From Tricharina praecox (taxonomy: Eukaryota), in NCBI RefSeq assembly GCF_024521635.1, contig NW_026250405.1, positions 434,001 to 498,000 of the forward strand: 64,000 bases of DNA, read 5' to 3'. The first letter of the stretch is position 1; each line of letters opens with the position of its first letter. The notes under the pieces were generated by a model, which did not search any database, was not told the origin of the DNA, and saw only the letters and a list, made by a program, of their open reading frames with translations. Positions 37,416 to 51,128 of the stretch are shown in pieces. Position numbers and translations under genes: made by a program.

Positions 37416-40400
37416 CACAACACTGGGGCTGTTTCACGAAGGTTTGATTGATAGCTTCCGCGTCACAGATGCTCAAGGAGAAAGATAAATCTTGTTGCCT
37501 TCGGGGGACGGTGAAGTAATGTGAAGAAGGGGGGCTCGGCCTGTGGCCGAAGAGTGACTGAGCGAATTTGTCGTCGAAACGATGTTGGGGTTGGGGGTTG
37601 GGTTGGGGGTTCGAGAGAGACGTTTGAACATCATGTTGGTTCGTTGCGGTGTGATAGGCGAGTGTGCAAGTACGAGACCTGTGTCTGTGTGTGGGGTGCT
37701 CACTTTCACTCGTTCAGGGTCCCTGTGGATGGCGGTCGCTAAGCACCAAAGGCCCTAGACCGCATGCAGTGGTTTGGTGTGGTGAGATCGATGCACGATG
37801 ACGCAGCGGAGTATCTAGAGCCATGTAAGCCGGCAGTTGGCATCTCAGAGGACCTCCGCAACGAACGGCGCCCGCGGCAACCTTGCGTTGTGGTGTTCTG
37901 GCTTTCGGGCGTTCGGGCGTTCTGGAGTTCTGGCTTTTTGGCGTTCTGGGCGTTCTGTAAAGGGCGGCCGTCGGTATCTCTTTCTCTCTCTTTCCCTTGA
38001 ATGGACGGCTCCGGTGGACGGGTGAATAGCTCCCGTGATCTTCACGGCGCTCATTTACCCAACCACCTCCCATACGTACGGGGTTGCGAGCAAGTCAGTA
38101 AAGTCAGTAGGGGATGAGACGCCGATACATGCCCAACCCGTATCCTTCAGTACCCGAGATCAGCGTCATCAGCGTTCTCTGCAACTTCGCCTCTCGAACT
38201 TGAATCATGAGAATGGAGGAGCCATGAGAAGTCGTCATTTGCAGCCCAAGGGGGTGAAGATCGGCGGGGCTGTGACTCGACCGAGTACCGGTAGGTACCT
38301 ACAATGGCAACTATGCCATAATACTCTACCTTGCACCTTGCCGCTCGCGCGCACTCACTCAGACTCCACAGCCTCGGTGAGGCGGGAAACCGGCGGCTGG
38401 ATGGATGGATAGCTGGCTGGCAGCGTGATGTGGTGATCATGAACGCATATCCAAGTATGGGTGGGGTAGATCCTTCTTCGTCGAGTCGCCGGATGGTGGT
38501 GACCATCACCGTAATGGTTGTTAATGTTGTTGTACTTTCCTACTACATCGATGTGGAAGGCCGTGTTGTTGTTGTTGGTGTTGTTGTTGTTGGCGTCGAC
38601 TTGCCCCCATCATGTCCTCCGTCCCATACCATCCTGTCCTGTCCTTCCTGTCACGTTGTATGGTCGTTGGGGCGTGGGCACAGCGGGAACGCAATGTTAA
38701 TGCTGTGTCAGAACGTGCGTGTGGTTTGTGTGGACGGGAGTGGGGTGGATGGACCCTGGGAGATCACCTCCCACGTCCTGTCGTCGGTCCGGCTCGTTCG
38801 TGACAGGAAAGAAGGACACGGGATCCGTAGAGAGGAGGGAATAGAAGAAGCAAAATTGGAGGAGAGAGAAGAAGGAGAAGGGGAAGAAGGAGAAGAAGAA
38901 GGAGAAGGAAAAGAAAGAGACGCACCGGTCAAACCGGGGCACATTTCTTATGTAGTCTCTTGAGCGACAGGAGTGAGAGCTCAAGCGACCTGCGCGTGAA
39001 ACGAAGAGAGAGAGCCACGCGAAGATCGGGCCGGGGCGAAATCGGAAGTTTGCTGAGGCATCGATAGTGTCTATCCTGCCATCGTGAAAAGTCGGCCCTG
39101 CAACCACCCTCACCCCCCCAAACAACTAAGTCCGTTCTGCAAGTGGGCCATTGTGGGCTAGGCCGGACATTCGGTGCGTGGGGGGGAAGGAACCGAGGAG
39201 TCTGGTCAGATTGGTGTGGCTTTCTCGTTGCACGCAGCAGCAGCAACAGCAGTTCTAACTTCTGGATACCCAGCCGTTTCCGAGGAGGTACAAGGGTTTG
39301 TACAGTGTTCGCGCGTCGACAGCCAGTAGACGATGGATATAGTACTCTACTTGAGCAGCCCCCCCTCTGATATCGTTGCGTGTTGTTATTGTTATTGTTG
39401 TTGTCGTTGTTGGCCGGTCGGTCGGTCCACTCTTGATCAGCACGCGAGCCAACACAAGAGATACCGTAGGTGCACCAGCCTACTAACCCTATAGGCCCGA
39501 AGATGCCATGTCACCGATCCATCAGGGGGCGTGGAGGCTGGCGGTTGTGCTCGTGAAGGCTGAAGTGAGCGGGGAACACAATTCGACGTGGACTCGCGAA
39601 GCATAGATACATAAAAGTAGAGTAGTGCATGCACTTGAGGTACCTATGCACTTAATCAGAAGGATATCGATCGATTGGGAACGTTAGCTTGCGTCTCGAG
39701 TGGTTCCAAATCATCATCATCATCGTCATACGGTACGCAGCAGCAGCAGCATCATCATCATCATCTAGCAAGCCGTGTCCTCGGTCATCATCGTCATCTT
39801 CCACTGCTACCCCTCGATTGGCTGATGAGAAATCCAATCAGCTATTTCTTTCCCCCTCCCCCCTTCGCCGCAAATTCCGCGAGTGGAGTAGATACCATAC
39901 GTACGCTCTAAGCGCGGATCCGGGCCACATGCTTGGCCATGTTCTGTTCGTGTGTCGGCCATCATGATCCGAAGCCGGTGCCGGTGCATGGCTGTGAGAG
40001 GGAATTCGAGCATTTTTTCTCTCTTTCGAATCGGTATGTAGAGCGGGCGCCTACGGCTGGCGAGCGAGCACGCACTGCGGGAGACCGTCCCCGAGCCGTG
40101 CCGAGCCGCCACTCGCACGGGCGGAGGGGGAGGGGAGGAGCAGCAACTCGACTCTGCCCGTCATGACTCGGTGCTATCCTACGCCTACGCCTACCGTGCT
40201 GCTATGTACTGCCACTCACAACTATTCCTACGCCTATCGTACTCCCGTGTACTCCCACTCATAACCACTCCTACTCTTCCTCTTCTTCTGCTGCGGCCAC
40301 CGATGCGCACAACCCGTGCGGGCACATGGGGCCTCCGGGCGGCTGTGGGTGGCTAAGCGGGCGGCTGGAGCCACAATCACCGCCCGGGCGCATGGTCACG

Positions 40401-42593
40401 GGCAAGGCTGTCTAGTCCGGCTGACTCGGTCGAAACGCAGACCACAGAAAGCGTCTGGCTGACTCCTTCTGAACGCGCAGGCCACAGGGCATGGAGCGAG
40501 GGAAGAGGGAAGGAGGGAAGGAGGGATTCAAGCGGTGGCCTCTGGGACTCGTGCTGTGCAGCCAAGTCGACGTCTGCGGGCCCCCAAAACGGCGGCGAGT
40601 CTACAGCCCACCCAGATTTGGTCTCTCTCTTACGGTCTCTCGCTCTCTCACGGTCTCGCTGGGGGGGGACTTGGCTAGATACGGTACTCTACTTCTGGCC
40701 GGTGTGTACTTCCTTATTTCGCATGCACTGCAGGGGTGCCCGAAGCGGCCTAATCGAAAGCCAGCCTAGCCGTGCATGGCTGGGTCCTTCCAGAGCGTCA
40801 ACAGTCCATGTATGGAACCTGGGTATGTCGTCACTCCCTACTTCTCGGTTCAAGATGCGGAATTCTGAGTGGTGTGATGGTTTCCGTGTGTCGAGTCCCT
40901 GCAAGGCAGCGCAACTCGTTTTCCCCGACACGACTACACGCACCGAAAGTTGGCCGGCCCACCAGTTCTGGCCCTGCTAACGGAACCGGAACGAGGAAGA
41001 GGACGGAGAGGAAGGCCTTTGACGACGGAGGCAAAAACATCGAAGAGTGAGAGCGTAGAGCATAGACCGTGAGAGCGTGAGGGGAGAGAGTGTGAGTGAG
41101 TGAGTGAGGCTACGGTATATCGAGCATCCATTCCCTGGCAAGCAGAGCACCAACCCCTCCCACCCACCCCTCTACCCGCTACCCCCACCGTCGCCCCTCT
41201 CACCGCTCCGACTGTCGTTAGGCACCTCCCTCCCTCCCTCCCTAGCCAGTACCCCCTACCCTTACCATCCATCCATATCCCATATGGAACCCTGTCTCCA
41301 CCACCACTCCCCAGAGTCCACCACCTCCACCACGACCTTCACCACTAGTTACCATCACCACCACCCACCACCCCAGTCAGCCCCCCCAGCTCTACCGCCT
41401 TTTCCCTTCGTGACGACAAAGAAAGTCCGGGTCGCAGTTTTCTCACAGGTCTCAAAACCGAAAACGCCCGCTCCGTCCAACTCACCACTCTAAAACATAC
41501 CGCCTGCCTACCGCCTACCGCCCACCGCCCCAATTATCACTATCCACCGCCACAAACAGAAACACAGTAACACACCCTCTTCACACAGTACCACCTCCCC
41601 ACCCACCCATCACTCACCCCCCCCAATAAGACGGAAGACACTCAACAGGGACCCGTGCCGATCACACTGTGTTGCCTCTCCGGATCTTCCTCGTCCTCCA
41701 CTCCCTCACCGCCCCCCCTCCACCCCCCTCCCAGCATCGTACCGCTCCTTGACCGTGACCTTGCTTACTTGTGTTGCCTGGCCTGCTTTCTCAGCATCCT
41801 TCCTCCATTGCTCACATCTGTCCCGCAAATCACACTGCCAAAAAAAAAAAAAAAAAAAACCTCCAGAAAAATAAATCCACTTCATCTATCCATACTACTA
41901 CCACTACCATCTACCACTACTACAAGTAGCTGCGACGCCAAGGGTGAGTGAGAACGAACAGCGAGAGGCGAAAGTGAGCTGAGCAAGGGAGAGAAAGAGA
42001 ACCACCGACACATGTCCGGTCCCACCTCTCGTCTTCTAAACAAAAGTCCATCGTCCCCTTCCCATCCATCCTAAATCGACTTTTTCTCTCACGATCGGAC
42101 CTTCCTCCATAACTCGCCCTCTGCCTCCCCTCACCGCCAGCCTTCTCCGCAGAATACATATCACCTACAGACTGGGGATCGGCGCATACAGCATTCTTCC
42201 TAGAAGCAAAATATACTCCGGCCGGTACCTGGTTAACGCTGACTCTCCGCATCTGTCAACGCCTCGTCTGGACAAACCCTTCGGCCCACCCCCGTCATCG
42301 GTCAGTCCACAGGACCAGCAGCCTTCCACATATACACAGCGTCTTCCCTCCACACCACAACAACTCACACCCACTACCACCACTACCTCCACTTACCACC
42401 ACCATTGCCACTACAACCACCACCACTACCACCCACAACAACCACAACAACCACCGATAATCATCACCAACCACACCCAACCCGCATCCGAACCAGACTT
42501 CAGGATCGAGGCTTCAGATCTTTGTCTTACGTCTGTACGTTTTCACGACAGTGATTATTCGGAAGGGAGGAGACAGAGAAGCCACCGAACCAT

Positions 42594-44636
42594 ATGGAGT
42601 TTTCATCAGTGTTCAGAGGTATGTTCGAATCAGCATTTTTCCCTTTCGCACCCCGCGAGCGCGAACCCCTCCCCTCCCAAGACCACGTCACACTGACCCG
42701 ACGAACCAAATAGCCGCAAATGGCTCTGTCCCGTCACCGAATGGCACCCTCATCGCTTCGATAGTCCCACCGAAACTGGTCGTCCGCTCGGCTTCGACGT
42801 TACACGTACAACGGGTCATCAACCTGAATCCGAGGTTCGCGGCGAACGTCAAATTCATGAAGTGGTCGCCAGTGCCTAGCAACGATGTCATCAGCGCAGC
42901 GTGGAATGGATTTTGGTGCAAGAGAAGGAGTGGGATCGATAACTCGGAGGAGGAGGGCACCATTACCCAACGGGTACTACTGGCAGACAGCGACATAATA
43001 CAGGTTTTCGACGTCAAAGATGAGAAATGGACGGCAACAATCAGCCAGGGCTTCGGAGGAATCAAGAACGTTGAATTCGGCAGGAATGCGGACGAAGTCG
43101 TTGTGTTTTCCGAGTTCCAGGTTGGTACCATCCGGTGCTGTCTATTGCGATGGTTAGGACGCAGGACTCGAGACTGACGATGATGGTCCCCACAGCTCAA
43201 GGTAACGGTTTGGAATCTCATCACCTCGAAGCACGTAGAAATTTCGCACCCAAAGTTCTCGAACAAGGGTTATGGATACCGACCGTTCACGTCGCATTTT
43301 GCTATCCTCACGCGTAGCGGCACGCACGATGTGGTTTCGATCCATCAGAACACAACATATAGGGTCTGCTCGACATTCACCCTACCGACGATAGACGCAC
43401 AGGGCCTCAAGTGGTCGCCGTGCGGGAGATGGTTGGCTGTTTGGGATTCGCCGACGGTTGGATATAGGGTTTTGGTGTACACGGCAGATGGCCACCTTTA
43501 CAGGACGCATGAGAAACCGTGCGAAGGACTGGGAGTCAAGACGGTGGAATGGAGTCCATCGGGGGATTTTCTGACGATTGGAAGTTATGATGGGAAGATG
43601 TGCTTCTTGAGCAACTACACATTCTCACCGGTAAGTTTTGGCTGGGTCGCGATCTCGATGAGGGAAAACATGAACTGATTCGTCATAGGTCATCTCGATG
43701 AACCATACGCGCACCATCAGGTTGCCCGGTGTCACTGTGTGGTCGGAGTGCGCGAACTCGGCTGGAAAGCGATATTACGACAAGGTCCAACAGCCCACCA
43801 CGCTGCCAACCCTGCAGTTCAACCCAGCCGATCCGACACCGAAAACGGGCATTTCTGCGATGGCTTTCAGCAATCCCGACGGGACGCTGGTCGCGACCAA
43901 GAACGACAACATGCCTAGCAGTCTGTGGATTTGGTCCATCAAACTTCTCCGTCCATACGCTGTTCTCGTCCATCTTAACCCGATCAAGTCGTTCACTTGG
44001 CACCCAAGCATCCCGGATCTACTGATGATTCAATGCGAGAATGCAGGCGATGATTCGGTGGATTCGTCGGGCGTGGTTTATTTGTGGAGTTCGACATGGA
44101 AGGAGCCGAGGACGATCCAGGTTCCCATGGAGAAGATTACAGGTTCGAATTGGGCGAAATGGGTGGTCACGCCGCGGCCGTCGCGTAGTAACAACTCGAG
44201 CGTCGCCTCGTCGAGTCCGCAGCCCTACAACGGTCGGATCGATCGGAGTCACAGTCCGGGCGATGAGGTTGATAAGCGGCCCATGATTTTGTTTGGAGAC
44301 AGGGAAGGGTTTATCGTCGGATACGTCGAGGACGAGCAGGTGCAGGAGGACGTGATGGAGCAGGACGACATGGAGAACCGGGGATGGGCCAACTCGAACA
44401 TTGATTGGGACTACTACTCTCCTTCGCGCGATATTCCGAAAAGATCGCTATCGTCGGCCTCTCAGAGCTCGAACCTGTCGATTCCGGGCGCGCGTCTTTT
44501 CGATGTCAACAAGTCGAGGGGTGGCTTGGGCGCTGTGTCTGAGCCAGCGAGGAACTCGTCGCCGATGCAACAGGATGCCGACGATACGTTCGATTACCGC
44601 GTCAGAAGGAAGCACAGCGTTTCGGTCAGAACATGA
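42594..44636 (+). CDS. WDR8: WD40 protein WDR8/WRAP73 homolog (spindle pole body / spindle anchoring), 604 aa, exons 42594-42618, 42714-43120, 43196-43630, 43689-44636
   Basis: MEFSSVFRA...SPNGTLIAS, FSEFQLKVTVWNL, DAQGLKWSPCGRWLAVWDSP, VYTADG, GLGVKTVEWSPSGDFLTIGSYD and NDNMPSSLWIW are typical of WRAP73/Wdr8. Three canonical introns restore the frame. Confidence 0.88.
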
Positions 44637-47600
44637 CGGCCGCGCCGAGGGAATTCCTCACTATAATATTTCCTATGTTCTCATGTGCTTTGATACCGGT
44701 GTCTAAGGTGTAATGATTGCTTTTGCTTTATCGGGATTTTATTTTTTTCCGCTGTGTTTTTTTTCTGGGGCATTTCCAGTTTTAAAGTTGGTAACGGGTT
44801 GGGCAAAACTATTTCTTAAAGTTTTCTTTCCTGACGATAACATGACACGATATTGGGGGTTCATTTCTGTGTTTCTCGTTCTCCTTTATCGCCTTTATTG
44901 CTGTGTTTTTTTTTTCTCTTGGTTTTTTTCTTTTCTCTCTCGTTCTTTTGTTCTTTTCATTGATTGGTTCAGCCTTGCGGTGTCACTTTAGTTGTCTGTC
45001 GGTTGGGTCATCACGTTTTGTTCTTGGGAATGGGAATTTTTCGGCGACGGGCTGGCACAGTTTTGTTTGTTATTTTTTTTTTGAATGTACATTTTTTTTT
45101 CTTCTTCCTTGTTAGAGCAGCCTCAAATCCTTTCTTTCTCTATTTCTCTCTTTTTCATTTTCCTTTCCTTTCATTTCTGCTCTGGGACTATCTTGTTTCT
45201 TTGATTTGCTCTTTTTTTTTGACAACTACAAACTTACTTCTATATACCGTATGTACTTTTATGTTTCGTTTCGCTTCTTCTACTACACACATCACACACG
45301 CGCACACATGTTGTTTTCTGGCTTGATTCGCCTCGCCCTGCCCTATGTATGTGTTCAACCGCCGCCGTTGTCGTGTTAGTGAAGTACTTCATCGCAGGAG
45401 TTTTTTTTGATAGTTTCTTTGGTGGTTGTGGTGGGAATGAAATTCAATATTGGTTGGAACTGAACTGGACTGTCCTTACGTGCCTTATAGAGAGTACTAC
45501 TGTGAGATTTGAATTGGGAATCAAGCCTCCTTCCTGCCATCCATCACCAGGTTGTTGGGAATTGGGGATTGGAAATTGGGAATTGAGAATTGGGAATTGG
45601 GAGTAAACTGGCCTGGCCTGCCTATGTAGACGATCTATGCGCCTAGTATAGGTACCTAGTATAGGTGGTAGATGGGATCTGCTCATCTAACAGCCACTGT
45701 GTTCTAGCTCGGGCCCCACACATACATCATCTCGTCTCTGCGTCTCGTGTTGACCTTCTGCCTTCGCCTTGTCCTCCTTGTCTTTCTCGGCCCGGCCGAA
45801 GCGTGCTTCTGGTTCTGGTTCCTGAAGATTTTTTCCCTGCAACGATGCAACGAACGGAACGAACGCACGGAAGGTGCCTTAGAGTAGAGTACAAACGAAC
45901 TATATACCTACACCGCTGCAGCCGACGACGACAGAGCGGAGCGGATCCGATCGCCTGTGCTCTACACATGACTGGAACGGAGAAGCTGAGAAACTGAGCG
46001 CTCACCGCTCGACGGGGCTCGCCGGGCTGGTTGGGGACTCGTTGGGCACTCGTTGGGGTTCGCCTCGTTTGGCCTTATACCCTACTACACTACACGATGG
46101 ACACGGCGACGACGACGATGACGGCATCGAAGAAGGGAGCAGTGGATACCCAGACGACTCGCGACTCGCGGGGGTGCGTATATAGGTATATGTATAGGGC
46201 GCTCTCGCACCGAAATGTGTACTCCACTCTTCTCCGAGTCTCCGACAGCACACGTGCAACGCCGACGCCGAGAGGTCGCCGATATGGACGGATGGAAGGC
46301 GGACGGTGGGCGGACGGAGGGCGGGCAGCTCCGTGGTCGCTCATGGCTAATTCCGGCGTGTGTTCACTCGAGATCGGAGAGGCGAGAGGCGAGAGGCCAG
46401 TCAGCCTTCTTTCCTCCTCCCCAAACCCCTCCGCTTCTACATGTGTAGATGTCTATGTAAACCACCGAGGCTAGCACTCGCTCGCACGTACATGTTACAC
46501 GCTTCCGGCTGGCTGACACGCCGGCTGGTAGACAGGCTGGCAGGCAGGCTGGCCACGTTGCGGCGTGCGGGCCATCCATCTGCCATCTCCCCTCTCATCT
46601 CGGTACGTAGGCACGGTAGGTACGGTAAGGATCCGCCTGCTTCCCCTCCCTCGACTTTGGCTTCCCTCGACGATGGCTCCCCTCCATCGAGACTGGCTCG
46701 ACTTTGGCTCGTGTGCTGCAAAATTTTCTGAGGGGGGGTAAGTTCCGTCGACTACACTGCGTTGACCACACTACGTCTACTAACTAGCGGTGAGGCGTCA
46801 CTTTAACTTACCCACCCAGCATACCCAGCATACCTAGCACAGCTTTATGGAGGGAAGGAATAGTCGGGGTCGGACCGATTAACCGGAATGAGGTACGCTC
46901 GGTCTGTGGCCTCTCTTACAGTTCAGGCTCGGACAGGCAAGGCGGCAGAAACGGAAACGGAAGAGAAGGAGAAGCCTTGTGGAAGGTTCCGGCCGTCGGT
47001 GGGGCGGGGGTGGAGGGGAGGGGGCGCTTTGCAAAACGGAAACTCGAGTCGAGTCCTCCCCTCCCCTCTCCTCGCTCATCGCGAGCTAACGAGACGTGGG
47101 AGGAGGAGACCGCCGACGCCGCCGAGGGCGGAAGAACGTTATTCCGCCCCCCCCCCCCCGGCCTGGACTCTGGAGACTGCAGCCTGGAGGTTGCAGCCTG
47201 GAGCCTGGTGGTGATGATCCCTGCGCTGTACGCTGTCCAACCATTGGCTCGGGTGTTTCGAAGCGGTGGGTGCACTGGGTGGGCACTGGGCACTGGGTTG
47301 CGAGTGATGCTGCGAATACATCATCAATATCATCGTCATCATCAACGGTAGGGAGAAATTAAAGTAAATAGCTGGGTGCTAAACACAGTGCCGCACGGAC
47401 ATTAGATGGGCGGATGTCACCTCCATTCGGCAGTGAAGTACTATGCTCTAGGTACTCTACTATTCTACTATTCCCACGAACGAACGAACGTACTGGCAGA
47501 TATCTCTGGCCCAGGACGGGGGTTTGGAGCGAGCTGCGAGCCGTTCACTGGCGGGCGCCGGGGGAGCGAGCTGGTCACTGGCGGGGGAGGGGGACGGGGA

Positions 47601-50189
47601 GGGGGGGTATTTTTAAGTGTGCAGCCGGGCGCCGCCCCCGCATACACCGTTGGATCTCGGAGCTGTTTCCAATTGCTTCGCTTTGCTTTACTTTGCCTTG
47701 CAAACGTACATGCACACATACACACCTACATACACACATACCTCGTACGGAGGCAGAACAAGTCACACACACGCACACACCACACACACGCACACGCATA
47801 TTGCACAGATGCTGGCGGTATGTATGATAGCCCAGAGCCTGGTAGGATCGTCGGCGCCAACTGCACCGCGCTGCACCGCTTAAACAAAGGAGAAGGAGGA
47901 GAAGGAGAAGGAGCATGTATCTAGAAGCAGAAGAAGGGGAAGGGCGGTTACTGATCGGCGCTGCAGCTATACATATACCTAGCATCTACTATGCCTACCT
48001 GGTAGATAGATAGGTAGATAGATAGACACAGGTAGGTACATGACGGCCTCTCCTTGTTCATGCTTCTCTTCACTCTACTACTCTGCGTGCGTGCGTGCGT
48101 GTACAGTAGTTACGACGGAGGGTTGTTCCGGCAAAACAGCGGAGCGTATGTAAAGTTTTCACACGGATACCGTGGGTACAGTACAGCACATATGTTTGTT
48201 TTGTGACGCCGGGGGCTGCTGGCTGGCTGGATTTGCTGGCTTTACTGGGCCGGTAGGTAGGTCGGTATGGTGCTGACCTGGCTCGCTGGAGCTTGGAGGA
48301 TGCGAGTACCGTGTTTAGGGCGTCCGACACCGACCACGACGACAAACACGACGGAGTCCGGAGTGCTGACGGCTCTCTGCGCTGTCGTCGTCGACTTCGC
48401 TGTCGTCGTCTTCGCTGGTTGGCAGGCTGGCAGGCTGGTTGGCGAGCCGGGCGGGCGTGGTATGTATACTACAAGGCGCTGATCTGGCAGCGACATCTCT
48501 CTCACTCACGCGCATCCCCGAACGAAGTCGGCGGGGGATGGGCAGCTCAAGTAACGACTAGCAGCGGCGGCGGCGTCGGTGGAGGTGTATGAAAGTGTAT
48601 CTGCCCACCCAAGATTGCGGCACACCATCTCCCTCTACACCCCTCCACACCACACCCCATCACGGACCAGATACAGATACAGATTAGATCGCGATGCCCA
48701 CCTATCGATATCTGACATGCAGCCGGGGGTGGAGTGGAGTGGAGGACGGCGGGATGGGGCGGGGGTGGAGTACAAGTAGAGTGGAGCGGGAACGGAAGTG
48801 GAAAACGGGAAACGGGTACATTTGAGAGCTCGTATGTACATATGACGACGACGCTGGAGTGTGCCGTACGTAGGTGCACTTATATGTAGGTGGACTAGGT
48901 AGACTAGTTACGGCGGGAGGGTGGGGAGGGCGGGGGGAGAGGGAGAGATCGGCGGGGTGCGAGGGCGGGCGCCGGGCGGGTATTTGTCTCCGTACCGTAT
49001 GGCGGGTTCGCACATGGAGGGGAGTGGAGTGGAGTGGAGTGGAGTGGAGTGGATCCGAGTGGGCGTGTGTAATGTGTAATGTGTAATGTGTAGTCATCAG
49101 CGTCGCGTTCCAAGTCCATGTATGATTTATGTGGTAAGCCAGTCAGCCACGCGTTCATCCGAGAGGCGAGGGCGAAGGAAGTGGCGAAGAAGGTGGCGGA
49201 GAAGGTGGCGCGCTTAATGATGACCCAACGCCACGGTCATGGGCTGTCACTCATTCTCACCTATTCTGGGGGGCTATGGGATATTCCGGTATCCGCAATA
49301 AGTATGAGTACATACATTGTATGAGTACTGATGATTGCATATCACTCATCACTCATCCGTGGGAACGCACATACCGATACCACGGTGTGTATAAGCTCCG
49401 GCGAAGAGCTCGGAATGTACTGGACTCATGGTTGCTTGATTGGAAATCCAACATGTCAGCTGTAGCATGTCATGCTCCTCGGGGTGAAAGTAAGCGGTCT
49501 TCTATAATCGCCGCACTGTACGAGGGGGCGAGGAGACAGGTTTGGAAGCTTAGGTCTTCGCTTTGAGACGGTGCTCGCTCAACGGTGATCTCCTCCTCCT
49601 CCTCGTCCAACGTCGATACATCCATCCGGTGGAAATAAGTCAGGCCTCGTATCCGCACAGCAGGAACCACGACCTAGTATGTACCACAGTACCTACAGTC
49701 GCTGCCTACTATATATCTCCTTGGTTTTTGTCGGTAACAGCTTCCATATCTACCAACAATATCGATGATCCACACGATGATTCATACTGACCTTGTGACG
49801 AACACCCAGCCCTACGCTGGTGCTAGAAAAAGGAAGAGGAAGCGGCAGTGGTGGGCTTGAATTTTACGGTGACCACAAGAACCCGAGAAAGAAAAGCGGT
49901 CTAGACTCTAGAGGCGGGTGTGGCTTTACGCATATCACCACACCTATAGGGACCGGAAGCATCTCTTCGTTGTGGCCAGTCCGGGCCAGGCCAATGGGTA
50001 TCTCAGGGAGGGGTTCAAGATGGGAGACAATATCACGAGTCTGCCATCAATACCGTGACTACCGTACACTGCTTAGACTAGTGACAGGAGTAGTTATCCA
50101 GTGATACGTGAAAGACGATGGCAATCCGGAAACGCACTTATCCTCTCTGTCTCCGACTCTCCGAGTACTCGCGGGCACTAGCATCGTAC

Positions 50190-50370
50190 CCCATCTCCCA
50201 TAGGTATCCCATACCCCATCCCGTATCACATACTCCATCCCGTATCCCATACCCCATCCCGTATCCCATCCCATATCCTATACTCCATCCCGTATCCCGT
50301 ATCCTATACCCATCCCGTATTCCATACCCCATCCCGTATCCCATACTCCATCCCGCACCCCATACCATCT
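50190..50370 (+). repeat. Degenerate minisatellite (CCATCCCGTATCCCATAC-like units)
   Basis: Repeated ccatcccgtat/cccatac motifs in tandem. Confidence 0.8.
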
Positions 50371-50984
50371 CCTGTGTCCCCGCCCTTGCCAACACCAATA
50401 CCAACTCCGAATCCAACTCAACTCAACTCCAAAAAAGTTCAAAGAAGTCCAAAGAAGTCCAACCACGAAATCTCACCCGTTTACTTCAAACCCGCACCGC
50501 CGCTCACTCGATAGATCGCTACCTTACCGTGGCCACTCGCCCTTCGAGCTCCCATTCACGCTAGTATCGGTTCCAACTAGAGCTCCAATGTTCAATCGCC
50601 CTCCGAGCCCCATTAACCTACATATCGGTACTCAATCGGTACTCAATCGGTTCGCACTCAAGCTCCCACTCGAGCTCCAGTCCACCCGTCCTCCGCCTTC
50701 CGAGCTCCCATTCACCTACTCTATCGGTTCCCATTCACCTACCGGTACTCTATCGGTTCCCACTCGAGCTCCCACTCAACTCCCACTCGAGCTCTAGCCC
50801 ACCCATCCTCCGGCTCCCACTCGAGCTCCCATATCATATATCCACCCGCCATCCACCCGTCCTCGGCCCCCGCGCGCTCACGCTTAGTGATAAGTATCGA
50901 GAGTATCGTCACGATTGCGTGTAATCGGCGGCCTGCCCCTCCACCCCCCCCCCCTCTCCACTCCACTCCATTGAACGAACCATC

Positions 50985-51128
50985 GAACCAGCCAGCGATG
51001 GAACCAGCCAGCGATGGAACCAGCCAGCGATGGAACCAGCCAGCGATGGAACCAGCCAGCGATGGAACCAGCCAGCGATGGAACCAGCCAGCGATGGAAC
51101 CAGCCAGCGATGGAACAACCCAGCGATG
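50985..51128 (+). repeat. 16-bp minisatellite GAACCAGCCAGCGATG, 8 perfect copies plus 1 variant, decaying to about 51500
   Basis: Units start at 50985, 51001, 51017, 51033, 51049, 51065, 51081 and 51097; the variant starts at 51113. Confidence 0.95.
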
